Shown here: positions 1-10,033 of the stretch, one piece after another
How positions within the stretch are numbered: the stretch's first letter is position 1
Layout of the letters: every line of letters starts with the position of its first letter
Source of the DNA: an uncultured delta proteobacterium
Lineage (GTDB): Bacteria; Desulfobacterota; Desulfobacteria; Desulfobacterales; Desulfosalsimonadaceae
DNA length: 64,000 bases
NCBI GenBank assembly: GCA_963826785.1
Contig: CAWGYD010000005.1
Span: forward strand, 96,001 to 160,000
Reading direction: 5' to 3'
Position numbers and translations under genes: made by a program
Notes under the pieces: model-generated
What the model was told of the DNA's origin: nothing
Databases searched by the model: none
What the model saw: only the letters and a program-made list of their open reading frames with translations

Positions 1-2
1 AG

Positions 3-236
3 GATATCGCCGTGGCCATCGGGCGCCCCCGCGCCTGCCGGTTTGTGGGATCGGCGCTGGCGAAAAATCCATATCCGATCCTGATCCCCTGCCATCGGAT
101 CATCCGCAGCGATCTGAGCATCGGCGGCTTCGGGGGCGGGACTGCCCTGAAGCAGAAGATGATCAATTATGAGCGGAGTTCAGCAGAAGCACGCATCTTG
201 CGAAACCCGTCCGAATGTGATACGAGTCGGCCATGA
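3..236 (+). CDS. ogt: Methylated-DNA--protein-cysteine methyltransferase, C-terminal part (5' end outside window)
   Basis: ACRFVGSALAKNPYPILIPCHRII..IGGFGGG contains the PCHR alkyl-acceptor motif; the frame is open to the window edge. Confidence 0.9.
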   Translation, partial: DIAVAIGRPRACRFVGSALAKNPYPILIPCHRIIRSDLSIGGFGGGTALKQKMINYERSSAEARILRNPSECDTSRP

Positions 237-565
237 AACTCTACATCATCGATGAAATCAGAATTCACGACCACCAGAAGATCAAGGACTATCTGGACGC
301 ACACCTCGGGCCTGCCGAGATGGGTAACATTTACTGGCTCCCTGTAGACCCTTCACTGTTCACCGAACTTCAGGCGGCGCACACGGATTGCCATCCGCTT
401 TATTTCGCCCTCGAGTTGAATACGGATTCTATTGCCGCGGAATTTCTGGTCCGCACCCGGAATCGCCTCCGCTGCGATTGCATTGGAAACGCCACCCGGT
501 CCCAGCGCGATTGGTTGATGGATTTCATGGACTCGATTTTCGAAAAACTTGAAATCCTCTGTTAG
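233..565 (+). CDS. Hypothetical protein
   Basis: 110-aa ORF with ATGA overlap to ogt, directly upstream of RNase J. Confidence 0.75.
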   Translation: MKLYIIDEIRIHDHQKIKDYLDAHLGPAEMGNIYWLPVDPSLFTELQAAHTDCHPLYFALELNTDSIAAEFLVRTRNRLRCDCIGNATRSQRDWLMDFMDSIFEKLEILC

Positions 566-572
566 GACAATC

Positions 573-2264
573 ATGACGGAACATTCTATGAATATGGAAA
601 ATGAATCCGGGGTGCTCAGACTCATCCCCCTCGGGGGCCTCGGTGAAATCGGCATGAATATGATGGTGATCGAATACGGTCAGACCATCGTCATTGTCGA
701 TGTGGGTTTGATGTTTCCGGAAGACTACATGCTCGGGGTGGACTATGTGATTCCGGACATGGAGTATATCCGGCAGCATCACAGCCGGGTGGCCGGCGTG
801 GTCCTGACACATGCTCATGAGGACCATATCGGAGCGCTGCCGCATCTCTTAAAGCAGATCAATGTTCCGGTATACGCCACCGCCTTTACCTTAGGAGTGC
901 TCCGGCACAAACTGGAGGAGCATGATCTGCTGGCATCGGCCGTCCTGCGCGAAATCGCCCCGGGTCAGGTGTTGACGCTTTCGCCGTTTGAATTCCAGTT
1001 CATCCGCGTGAATCACAGCGTGGTGGATGGCGTCGGCCTGGCCATTTCGACACCTGCTGGAATGATCGTCCATACCGGCGATTTTAAACTGTCCGAATCC
1101 TTCATCCCCGGCATGAAAACCGATGTGCAGGCTTTTGCGCGTCTGGGGGAGAAAGGCATACTGGCCCTGTTGTCGGATTCCACCAACGTGGAAAAAGAAG
1201 GCCATACCATGTCCGACGCCCGGGTGGGGGAAACCCTGGAAAAGATCATTTCCAAAAGCCGCGGGCGGGTGATTGTCGCCCTGTTTGCTTCCAATATCGC
1301 CCGGATCCAGCAGGTGGCGGACATCATCCGGTCCAGGGGAAGAAAGATCCTGTTCAACGGCCGCAGCATCGAGCTGAGCGTCAGCATCGCCAAGCAATTG
1401 AACATGCTTGATATCCCCGAAGACATGGAAGTCAGGATCGAAGAGATCGATTATCTCGAATCGCGCCAGCTGGTCATCATCACCACCGGCAGCCAGGGGG
1501 AACCCATGTCGGCCCTGACCCGGATGTCCACCGGGACCCACAGGCAGATCCGCATCGAGGCAGGGGATACGGTGATCCTGTCCTCAAAGTTCATACCCGG
1601 TAACGAAAAAGCCATCGCCAAGATCATCAACAATCTGTTTCGAAAAGGGGCGGATGTCATCTATGAGAAGATTTCCGATATCCATGTGTCCGGCCATGCG
1701 TTTCGGGAAGAGCTCAAGATGATGATCGGGTTGACCCGCCCGACGTATTTCATTCCCATTCACGGTGAGTACCGGCATCTCATTCACCATGCGCAGCTGG
1801 CGGAAGAAGCCGGCATTCCCAAAGACCGGGTGCTTCTGGCGGAAAACGGAGACGTCATCGAGTTCGATCCGGAAGGCGGACGGGTGGCGGGAAAAATCGC
1901 TACCAGCCGGATACTGGTGGACGGCAAGGGAATCGGGGATGTGGGCCGTTCGGTATTGAAAGAGCGGCGGATCCTGTCGGAGGAGGGGCTGGTGGTGGTC
2001 ACCCTGGCGCTGGATGAGGAAACCGGATTTGTGGTCTACGGCCCGGAGATCGTCTCGAAAGGGTTTGTGTTCGAATTTGAAACCGGGCATATCATCGAAG
2101 ATGCCAAGTGCGTCATCCTCGAAATCATCGAAGAAGTCGCCCTGGTGGATCCCGCGGACCGCTGCGAGGTGCTCCGGAAAAAACTACTCCGGGCACTGCG
2201 GGAATATTTCACGTTTACCATGAAGCGAAAACCGGTTATACTACCGTTTATTCTCGAGGTATAA
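573..2264 (+). CDS. rnj: Ribonuclease J
   Basis: PLGGLGEIGMN, THAHEDHIG metallo-beta-lactamase motif, HTGDFK, GSQGEP, HVSGHA, PIHGEYRH; exact start codon uncertain. Confidence 0.95.
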   Translation: MTEHSMNMENESGVLRLIPLGGLGEIGMNMMVIEYGQTIVIVDVGLMFPEDYMLGVDYVIPDMEYIRQHHSRVAGVVLTHAHEDHIGALPHLLKQINVPVYATAFTLGVLRHKLEEHDLLASAVLREIAPGQVLTLSPFEFQFIRVNHSVVDGVGLAISTPAGMIVHTGDFKLSESFIPGMKTDVQAFARLGEKGILALLSDSTNVEKEGHTMSDARVGETLEKIISKSRGRVIVALFASNIARIQQVADIIRSRGRKILFNGRSIELSVSIAKQLNMLDIPEDMEVRIEEIDYLESRQLVIITTGSQGEPMSALTRMSTGTHRQIRIEAGDTVILSSKFIPGNEKAIAKIINNLFRKGADVIYEKISDIHVSGHAFREELKMMIGLTRPTYFIPIHGEYRHLIHHAQLAEEAGIPKDRVLLAENGDVIEFDPEGGRVAGKIATSRILVDGKGIGDVGRSVLKERRILSEEGLVVVTLALDEETGFVVYGPEIVSKGFVFEFETGHIIEDAKCVILEIIEEVALVDPADRCEVLRKKLLRALREYFTFTMKRKPVILPFILEV

Positions 2265-2321
2265 GTAAATTCTATCCACCAGATGATTATCATTCAATGA
2301 GCGACTGATTTGCCGATATCC

Positions 2322-4550
2322 ATGCGCAGAGAAATCATCAGCATTCTCCTGTTCTTTCTGGTCGTCTTTACGCTGGTGAGCCTGGTCTCTTATAGCCCGG
2401 CCGACCCGTCCATCCATCATGCCCGATCCATGGGGCCGGTGGATAATTTTTTCGGCCTGTTCGGCGCGCACCTGGCGGGATTTCTCATTGGTCTGTTCGG
2501 CCTGGGCGCTTTCTGGATACCGGTGCTGTTCATGATTGCCTGTGTCGATTTCTTCCGGAAACGCTCCGGACGGGCAGTCGCCCACACCGCATCCGGGGGG
2601 CTGCTCCTGATCGTCTCCACGGGCGCACTGCTGTCTTTTTTCAGTGAGAGCTATCCGCTTTTCGGCAACCGGTTCACCGCCGGCGGGATCATCGGCCTGC
2701 CCATCAAATCTTTTCTGATGGCCTATTCAAACTGGACCGGGGGCTTGGCAATCCTCATCCTTTTTTTTCTGATCGGATTTATTCTCACCACTCGAATCTC
2801 TTTATTCGCGGCCCTCAAAAATACCGGCAAGCTTGGGTTGACCGCAGGTAGTTCGGCCAAATCCGGGTACCTGCTGTTCAAGGAAAATCGCAAAGCCCGG
2901 AAGAAAGTCCGGCCCGAACCGCCGCGCAAGTCCAAAAATGTTAAAAAATTGCCCAAGCCCGATCCCAAGCCCGACCCCAAGCCCGAATTGAAATCCGATC
3001 CCGAGCCCAAGGTTGAACTGACCATCAAGGAGACACTCCCGCCCAGGCCGCTGCGGGCCGTTCCCGCCCCGAAACAGCAGGTATTTGAATCCATGCGGTT
3101 TGGCGAAGGTTTCCAGCTGCCGCCGCTGGAATTTTTGAAGGATCCGGAGGTGATCGTCGATTCCGTGGATCATGAAAATCTGAAATACATGAGCAAGCTG
3201 CTGGAGCAGAAGCTCGATGATTTCGGGGTGCGGGGGAAGGTGGTCACCGTGCTGCCGGGGCCGGTGATCACACGCTTTGAGTTCGAGCCCGCGCCCGGCA
3301 TCAAGATCAACAAGGTCGTCAACCTGGCCGATGACCTGGCCCTGGCGCTGCGGGCATTGAGCATCCGGATTATCGCCCCCATACCGGGTAAAGCGGTGAT
3401 CGGCATCGAAGTCCCCAACACCCGCCGGGAAGTGGTGGTGATCAAGGATATCGTGGCTTCACCCGTATTTGACAAGTCAAAGTCGAGCCTGACCATCGCT
3501 TTGGGAAAAGATATCGTGGGAAGCCCCGTAGTGGCGGATCTGGAAACCATGCCCCATCTGCTGATCGCCGGCGCCACGGGTACCGGCAAGAGCGTGGCCC
3601 TGAATACCATGATATGCTCCATGCTCTATAAGGCCACCCCGGAAGATACCAAGCTGATCATGATCGATCCCAAGCGGATCGAGCTGTCCATGTATGACGG
3701 GATCCCCCATCTCATCACCCCGGTGGTCACGGACATGAAAAAGGCCACCAACGCCCTGTTCTGGGCGGTTCGGGAAATGGAGCGGCGCTACAAGCTCCTT
3801 TCCGAGACCCGGGTGCGAAACATCCGCCAGTACAACCGCAAGGTCAAATCCGAAGCGCAGGAAAAAAAGACGGACGAGGAGACTCCAGTAAGGGAAGTCC
3901 TCCCTTACATCGTGGTCATTATCGATGAATTGGCCGACCTGATGATGGTGGCCTCCCGGGACGTGGAAGTCAGCCTGACCCGCCTGGCCCAGATGGCCCG
4001 TGCCTCGGGCATCCACCTGATCCTGGCCACCCAGCGGCCGTCGGTGGATATCCTCACCGGGGTGATCAAGGCCAATTTTCCCACCCGGCTCTCTTTCCAG
4101 GTCTCTTCCAAGACGGATTCAAGGACCATCATCGACGCCAACGGGGCCGAGGCCCTTCTCGGAAACGGGGACATGCTGTTTCTCCCGCCCGGAACGGCAA
4201 AGCTGCAGCGCATCCACGGAGCCTATATTTCCGAAGAAGAGATCAACAAGATCATCGAGTTTTTAAAGGCCCAGGAAAAGCCCGAATACGACCACGACAT
4301 CCTGGAAGCCCCGGAAGTTCAGAAGGAGAACGGCGGGGAAAAGGACTTTGACGAACGCTACGACGATGCGGTGGCCCTGGTTACCAAATCCGGCCAGGCC
4401 TCTATCTCCATGGTCCAGCGGCACCTGCGGATCGGTTACAACAGGGCCGCCCGGATCATCGAAATGATGGAGGAGGAGGGGGTGGTGGGTCCTTCCGACG
4501 GGGTCAAGCCCCGTGAGGTGCTGGCCAGGAATTATGATGATATGGAGTAG
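2322..4550 (+). CDS. ftsK: DNA translocase FtsK
   Basis: N-terminal TM helices, PHLLIAGATGTGKS Walker A, IIDELADLMM, ATQRPSVD, C-terminal gamma domain (SISMVQRHLRIGYNRAARIIE). Confidence 0.97.
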   Translation: MRREIISILLFFLVVFTLVSLVSYSPADPSIHHARSMGPVDNFFGLFGAHLAGFLIGLFGLGAFWIPVLFMIACVDFFRKRSGRAVAHTASGGLLLIVSTGALLSFFSESYPLFGNRFTAGGIIGLPIKSFLMAYSNWTGGLAILILFFLIGFILTTRISLFAALKNTGKLGLTAGSSAKSGYLLFKENRKARKKVRPEPPRKSKNVKKLPKPDPKPDPKPELKSDPEPKVELTIKETLPPRPLRAVPAPKQQVFESMRFGEGFQLPPLEFLKDPEVIVDSVDHENLKYMSKLLEQKLDDFGVRGKVVTVLPGPVITRFEFEPAPGIKINKVVNLADDLALALRALSIRIIAPIPGKAVIGIEVPNTRREVVVIKDIVASPVFDKSKSSLTIALGKDIVGSPVVADLETMPHLLIAGATGTGKSVALNTMICSMLYKATPEDTKLIMIDPKRIELSMYDGIPHLITPVVTDMKKATNALFWAVREMERRYKLLSETRVRNIRQYNRKVKSEAQEKKTDEETPVREVLPYIVVIIDELADLMMVASRDVEVSLTRLAQMARASGIHLILATQRPSVDILTGVIKANFPTRLSFQVSSKTDSRTIIDANGAEALLGNGDMLFLPPGTAKLQRIHGAYISEEEINKIIEFLKAQEKPEYDHDILEAPEVQKENGGEKDFDERYDDAVALVTKSGQASISMVQRHLRIGYNRAARIIEMMEEEGVVGPSDGVKPREVLARNYDDME

Positions 4551-4572
4551 TGTTTACCTACTGGGAAGAGGT

Positions 4573-4783
4573 GGTGCTCAAAACTGAGGCGACGCGCCTG
4601 TGGGGTTCTCCCGCTCACGCGCCACTATTTTGATGCTTCTAAGACTTCGCTCCGCTGCATTCTGGAAACTCGCCTGCCGGCTCAGACAGTCCAGAATGCG
4701 GCCGCTCCGCTTCGTCTTGAAGCATTCGCAAAATATTGGCGCAATGTTCGCCGAGAGAACCCCACAGGCGCGTCTCGGGCACT
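4573..4783. repeat. ~200-bp nested inverted-repeat (REP/MITE-like) hairpin element
   Basis: GACGCGCCTGTGGGGTTCTC (4591-4610) is the exact reverse complement of 4755-4774; inner imperfect arms include GCATTCTGGA/TCCAGAATGC. Confidence 0.85.
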
Positions 4784-4805
4784 GCAAATTGTGGATGGAT
4801 GTTAT

Positions 4806-5471
4806 ATGTCCGTTTCGATGAAGTTCGATAATTCATTATTAGATTCAGTAAAAGGCTTCCTCGACCCAAAAGAGGGCCGGCGCCTCTATGATATCGCTCT
4901 GGATGCGTCAAAGAAAGGCCCCTGTCTGGAGATCGGCAGCTACTGCGGCAAATCGACCCTGTATCTGGGGGCGGCTTGCCGGGAAAACGATTCGGTCCTG
5001 TTTTCCATCGATCATCATCGGGGATCAGAGGAGCAGCAGCCGGGGGAAGGCTACTTCGACCCGGACACCTATGACTGCCGCCGGGGTTGCATGGACACCT
5101 TTCCGCTGTTTCGGGACACCCTGGCCCGAAGCGGCCTTGAGGATACCGTGGTGCCCATCGTGGCGTCCTCGGCGCTGATTGCCCGGCAGTGGAGCACGCC
5201 TCTTTCCCTGGTCTTCATCGATGGCGGCCATACTTATCAGGCGGCCTGCGCCGATTTTGCAAGCTGGGCAGGCCACATCCGGCCCGGCGGATACCTGTTG
5301 ATCCACGATATTTTTGAAAATCCGGAAGCGGGGGGGCAGGCACCGTATCAGGTCTATTGCCTGGCGGCACAGTCGGGTCTTTTTTCAGAACTGCCCATGA
5401 CCGGATCACTTGGGGTTTTGCGGCGCCTGGGGTGCGGGGAGATACCCTGCGGTCAGGATTTTCTCAGATAG
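4806..5471 (+). CDS. Class I SAM-dependent methyltransferase (Methyltransf_24-like)
   Basis: LEIGSYCGKS, SIDHHRGSEEQQPG, LVFIDGGH, LLIHD motifs. Confidence 0.85.
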   Translation: MSVSMKFDNSLLDSVKGFLDPKEGRRLYDIALDASKKGPCLEIGSYCGKSTLYLGAACRENDSVLFSIDHHRGSEEQQPGEGYFDPDTYDCRRGCMDTFPLFRDTLARSGLEDTVVPIVASSALIARQWSTPLSLVFIDGGHTYQAACADFASWAGHIRPGGYLLIHDIFENPEAGGQAPYQVYCLAAQSGLFSELPMTGSLGVLRRLGCGEIPCGQDFLR

Positions 5472-6163
5472 ACCACCAGGCTTTTTCCCATCACCGGATT
5501 GAGCAGCCGGTCGAGAAAACGGGTGATTTTCGGCTGTTCCATGATGTCCCAGGTGAGCAGGCGATGATAGAGGGAAACGGGCAGGAAGTCGTTGTTGTGC
5601 AGACCCACCAGGCACTTGAGCCACCAGAATGGGGTGTGCAGGCTGTGGGCGAAATGAAAACCCCACTGGCGCAGCCCCTGTTTTTCAAATAAAGATGAAA
5701 TCTGGTCTTTGCGGTAGATCCGGATATGCCCTCCCTTTGAATTTCCATAATCCCTGGAAAGCATCCAGCAGATTTTTTCCGGAAGATACCGGGGGACGCT
5801 GATCACCAGGTTGCCGCCGGGTTTTAACACCCGGTTGAGTTCAGCTGCCGCGGCTTCATGGTTGGGGACATGCTCCATCACTTCCGAGCAGATGACGTGG
5901 TCGAAACAGCCGTTTGCGTAGGGCAGGGCGGTGATATCGGCAGCAGATACCGCCCAGGTGCCGCCGCCGTATTCGTCAAAGGTCTCCAGGTAGGCCAGCC
6001 GCTCTTTGGCGGCCTGCAGATCGCTGAAGTTGAGATCCGCCCCGAAAACCCGCACGTCCGTAAACCGCAGGGCGCCGTCCGCATGCCGGCCCGATCCGCA
6101 GCCGATATCGAGTATGCGGTCATTGGGGCGGATCCGAAGTTTTTTAAAATCGACCGTAATCAT
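5453..6163 (-). CDS. Class I SAM-dependent methyltransferase (Methyltransf_11-like)
   Basis: ILDIGCGSGRH, FDHVICSEVMEHV, RVLKPGG. Confidence 0.9.
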   Translation of the reverse strand: MITVDFKKLRIRPNDRILDIGCGSGRHADGALRFTDVRVFGADLNFSDLQAAKERLAYLETFDEYGGGTWAVSAADITALPYANGCFDHVICSEVMEHVPNHEAAAAELNRVLKPGGNLVISVPRYLPEKICWMLSRDYGNSKGGHIRIYRKDQISSLFEKQGLRQWGFHFAHSLHTPFWWLKCLVGLHNNDFLPVSLYHRLLTWDIMEQPKITRFLDRLLNPVMGKSLVVYLRKS

Positions 6164-7397
6164 CCATGACCTTCCGGTAGATGTCCACGGTGGTCCGGGC
6201 GGCTGCCTCCCAGGTCAGGTGCTGCCGGACCCGCTCCAGCCCGGCGCGGGACAGGCGTTCGGCCAGATCGGGATGCTCCAGAACTTTTAGAATGGCTTGC
6301 ATCAGTGCGTTTGCGTCCGATGGGGGGACCAGGAGGCCGGCGTCTCCCACCACCTCGGGCAGGGCGCCTCCGGTGGTGCTGATGACCGGAACTCCGCAGG
6401 CCATGGCTTCCCCGGCGGGGAGGCCGAATCCTTCGTATACGGAAGGGACCACCGCCACAGAGGCCATTGCATACTGGCGGACAAATTCCTCGCTGCTGAT
6501 GCGGCCGGTAAAGGTGATCCGGCGGCCGATACCCAGTGAGCGGATAAATTTTTCCACCTGGCCGTTTTTTTTGGGCGCCCCCACCACGATCAGCCGGATG
6601 TCTCTTTTTCTGCTGATTTCGGCCACGGCGGTCAGCAGGTACATCAGCCCCTTGAGGGGCGTGTCCGCGCTGGTGGTCACGATGATCCGGTTCGGCTGAC
6701 GGGTAATTTCAGGAATGGGATAAAACAGGTCCGTGTTGATCCCGTTGGGAACGATGCTGAACCTGTTTTCAGCGATGTTGAACTCACGGCAGATGTCGTT
6801 TCGGGCGCAGCTGGAGACCGTGATGATGTGCGGAAGCGTGCGTGCAACGCGCTTTTGCATATCCAGAAAGGAATACCACCGCAGTTCTTTGAGCTTTCGC
6901 CACAGGGGCGCGGCCGATTTCACCGCGATGTGCCGATCCACGGTGATGGGATGGTGAATGGTGGCCACCGTGGGGATTTTGTTTTTAATCGACCAGAGAC
7001 CATAGGAGAGACTCTGGTTGTCGTGCACGACATCATAGCGGCGGAGGTGTTTTTTCAGGTATCGGTGGGCGCGCAGGCCAAAGGTAAAGGGCTCTGAAAA
7101 CCCCATGCTGGAGATGCCGAACCACTCGATGAAATTGATGGGATCGGCCAGTTCAGCCATCCGGGGCATGCGAAACAGGTCGTCGGGATTGTACAGATCC
7201 AGACTGGGCAGTTTGATAAGATCAATGCCCGGATCCAACTCCGGGTAAGGCGGGCCCGAAACCACGTCCACCCGATGGCCGAGCCCCGTCAAGGCAAGGC
7301 TCAGGTTCCGCACATACCCCCCCTGGCCGCCGCAGTGGGGATGACTGCGGTAGCTGAGCAGGCAAATGCGAAGCGGTCTGCTTCCGTTGTTTTTCAT
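6144..7397 (-). CDS. Glycosyltransferase family 4
   Basis: LRICLLSYRSHPHCGGQG N-terminus; PSVYEGFGLPAGEAMACG GT4 signature; start placed at MKNNG. Confidence 0.9.
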   Translation of the reverse strand: MKNNGSRPLRICLLSYRSHPHCGGQGGYVRNLSLALTGLGHRVDVVSGPPYPELDPGIDLIKLPSLDLYNPDDLFRMPRMAELADPINFIEWFGISSMGFSEPFTFGLRAHRYLKKHLRRYDVVHDNQSLSYGLWSIKNKIPTVATIHHPITVDRHIAVKSAAPLWRKLKELRWYSFLDMQKRVARTLPHIITVSSCARNDICREFNIAENRFSIVPNGINTDLFYPIPEITRQPNRIIVTTSADTPLKGLMYLLTAVAEISRKRDIRLIVVGAPKKNGQVEKFIRSLGIGRRITFTGRISSEEFVRQYAMASVAVVPSVYEGFGLPAGEAMACGVPVISTTGGALPEVVGDAGLLVPPSDANALMQAILKVLEHPDLAERLSRAGLERVRQHLTWEAAARTTVDIYRKVMDDYGRF

Positions 7398-7665
7398 AGG
7401 ATATGGATGATCAAGTAATTGACGATTTACCGGCAACATTGTATGTTGGTGCCGTAACGGAAAGCATTTTTTTAAAACATTCTTCTGCGGCCGTTTATCG
7501 ACCCGAATATGCGATTTTCCGTTGCGGCATGATGTCAAGCTGTATCAAATATAGTCGCACCGGTATTTCGTCAAGTGATTTTTGTGGATTAGGCGAGTCT
7601 GTAAGACTCCCTTCATTCCAGGCCGGCGAACCCGAACCCTAACGCTTTGGAGAAATGAACGCTTT

Positions 7666-8583
7666 ATGCCGGATCCGAACCTTGGTGTCAATATTGGCGG
7701 GATTTATCTGAAAAATCCGGTGATGACCGCTTCGGGAACCTTTGGCTACGGCCGGGAATTCAATGAACTCATCGACTTGAATCGACTGGGCGGCATCATC
7801 GTCAAGGGCTTGTCGCTCAAACCCTCCGCCGGCAATGCACCGCCACGGATCGTCGAAACGGCCTGCGGGATGCTAAATGCCATCGGACTCGAAAATATCG
7901 GGATCGACGCTTTTGTCAGGGACAAGCTGCCTTTCCTGAAACAGTTTAAAACCGCCGTGATCGTAAACATCTACGGCAAAACCATCGATGAGTATGCGGA
8001 CCTGGCCGCCCGGATCGACGAACTCGATGACGTTGCCGGGATTGAAGTCAATATTTCCTGCCCCAATGTCAAAGCCGGGGGCGTGGCCTTCGGGGTGGAC
8101 CCCTGCGCCGCCGCCGGTGTTATTAAAATGGTGCGGAAGCAGACCTCAAAACCGGTCATCACCAAGCTTTCTCCCAATGTCTCCGATGTTGGCGAGATCG
8201 CCAGAAGTGTTGAAGCCGAGGGAACGGACGCGGTGTCCCTGATCAATACGCTCACCGGCATGGCCATTGATATTCATACCCGCAAGCCGGTGCTCGGAAA
8301 CATCACCGGCGGGCTGTCCGGTCCGGCCATCAAGCCGGTGGCGCTGCGCATGGTCTGGCAGGTTGCCCGGTCGGTGAAGGTGCCCGTGATCGGCATCGGC
8401 GGGATCATGACCGCCACAGACGCACTGGAGTTTCTCATCGCCGGCGCTTCGGCGATCCAGGTGGGAACCGCCAGCTTCACCAATCCCCGCGCCACCATGG
8501 ACATCCTCGACGGCATCACCGACTTCTGTAGGACGCATCGAATTGACGATATTCACCAACTGATCGGTTCGCTGCAGGCATAA
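7666..8583 (+). CDS. pyrD: Dihydroorotate dehydrogenase, class 1B catalytic subunit
   Basis: [43 protein letters not shown]. Confidence 0.95.
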   Translation: MPDPNLGVNIGGIYLKNPVMTASGTFGYGREFNELIDLNRLGGIIVKGLSLKPSAGNAPPRIVETACGMLNAIGLENIGIDAFVRDKLPFLKQFKTAVIVNIYGKTIDEYADLAARIDELDDVAGIEVNISCPNVKAGGVAFGVDPCAAAGVIKMVRKQTSKPVITKLSPNVSDVGEIARSVEAEGTDAVSLINTLTGMAIDIHTRKPVLGNITGGLSGPAIKPVALRMVWQVARSVKVPVIGIGGIMTATDALEFLIAGASAIQVGTASFTNPRATMDILDGITDFCRTHRIDDIHQLIGSLQA

Positions 8584-8694
8584 AATATCCTGAATGAAAA
8601 AATCTGTAAAAATTCCAATTTTTATGATATCAGGTATATAAAAATATCGGGTCGGTTTGGGCCAAACACCACAATACTAAGGAAAGGAGTCACT

Positions 8695-9927
8695 ATGTTC
8701 AAGAAAGCGTTTATTGCTGTTCTGATCGTTTTGATGATGGGATCATTCGCCGCCGCACGCGAATATAAAGGAGTCGACATGCCCGAGACCCTGCAGGACG
8801 GGAATCAGCTTCTGGTATTGAACGGTGTCGGCCTTCGAAACCTGATGATCATCAAGGTATATGTGGGTGGCCTGTATCTTCCGGGTGCCGAAACAAATCC
8901 GGATATCATCATGAATGCGGATGAGCCCATGGCCATCCGGCTGCAGATGCTCCGGGATTCAAGCCCCAAAACCATGAACACCGCTTTGAAGAACGGCATG
9001 AGGACCTCCTCGGGTGAAAATTATCCGCAGATCGAAGAGCGGATCAACACCTTCAAGACTTTTCTGTCCGATCCCATTGAAGAAGGCAATGTTTTCGAAT
9101 TCAAATATCTTCCGGCCAAAGGGCTCGATGTCATCAAAAACGGAGAGTTGAAGGGCAACATCCCGGGGTTGGATTTCAAACAGGCGTTTTTCGGCATCTG
9201 GTTAAACGAAAAAAGCCCGGCCGACTCGGGACTCAAAGAGAGCATGCTTGAAGGAAAGGTGAGCCCGGAAGCACTGGCTCAGCAGCAGGCATTCGCCAAT
9301 CAGAAGATGGAAGCTGAAAAGGCAGCCATGCTGGCCAAGGCGAATGAGCGCGCCAAGCAGGCCGAAATGGAAAAAGCAAAAGCCGAAGCCGAAGCCCGCA
9401 AACAGGCGGATGCTGCTGCCGCCGAAGCGGAAAAGCAGGCCCAGGCCGCTCAGGCCGCCGCTGACGCCGAAGCCGCCAAAAAAGCGGAACAAGCCAAGCT
9501 GATGGCTGCAAAAGCGACGAAGGAAACCAAGAAAGCCGCCTCGACAGCCGCCCCCCAGGCGCCCAAAGCCCCTGCCGCCGCCATCGATAATGCCCAGTTC
9601 GAAAATCAGGACATCTATTTTGGCGTCAACCAGACCGCTTTGTCCGGTGATGCCAGAAACAAGCTGGCGGCCAAGGCCAAATGGCTCCAGCAGAACCCGG
9701 ACAAGACCGTGGCCATCGAGGTGTACAGCGACCCGCGGGGATCACGGGAATATAATTACGAATTGGCCAAACAGCGCGCCAAGAGCGTCATCGATTACCT
9801 GGTGAATGCGGGTATCAACGTCAACCGTTTGGACACGATCATTTATGGCGAGGACCGTCTGGTCGCCGTGGGTGATAACGAGCAGGCCTGGTCCCAGAAC
9901 CGGCGGGCTCACTTCCGCATCAAGTAG
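8695..9927 (+). CDS. Exported chalcone-isomerase-like domain + Ala/Glu/Lys-rich linker + OmpA/Pal-like peptidoglycan-binding domain
   Basis: Signal peptide; LVLNGVGLR..KVYVGGLYL..FFGIWL..PAD..LK..ML (bacterial CHI-like); C-terminal IYF..SDPRGSREYNYELAKQRA..YGE..NRRAHF. Confidence 0.85.
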   Translation: MFKKAFIAVLIVLMMGSFAAAREYKGVDMPETLQDGNQLLVLNGVGLRNLMIIKVYVGGLYLPGAETNPDIIMNADEPMAIRLQMLRDSSPKTMNTALKNGMRTSSGENYPQIEERINTFKTFLSDPIEEGNVFEFKYLPAKGLDVIKNGELKGNIPGLDFKQAFFGIWLNEKSPADSGLKESMLEGKVSPEALAQQQAFANQKMEAEKAAMLAKANERAKQAEMEKAKAEAEARKQADAAAAEAEKQAQAAQAAADAEAAKKAEQAKLMAAKATKETKKAASTAAPQAPKAPAAAIDNAQFENQDIYFGVNQTALSGDARNKLAAKAKWLQQNPDKTVAIEVYSDPRGSREYNYELAKQRAKSVIDYLVNAGINVNRLDTIIYGEDRLVAVGDNEQAWSQNRRAHFRIK

Positions 9928-9942
9928 TCATTTCCGAATAGA

Positions 9943-9987
9943 GGACAAAAAAAAGAGGGGCTGTTAAAGCCCCTCTTTTTTTTGTCC
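9943..9987. terminator. Bidirectional intrinsic terminator
   Basis: GGACAAAAAAAAGAGGGGC-TGTTAAA-GCCCCTCTTTTTTTTGTCC between convergent genes. Confidence 0.9.
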
Positions 9988-10033
9988 GGTAAATGGGGCG
10001 GCTGGTACTCGGATAGCCGCTCCCCGAGGTCTT

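Noticed and set aside
2951..3010. 12-bp tandem repeat CCCAAGCCCGAT
   Set aside because: Encodes the PKPD low-complexity linker typical of FtsK
7595..7609. GAGTC-TGTAA-GACTC hairpin upstream of pyrD as a tRNA-Tyr remnant or PyrR site
   Set aside because: No D or T arms or acceptor stem, poor match to the PyrR loop, and no downstream terminator
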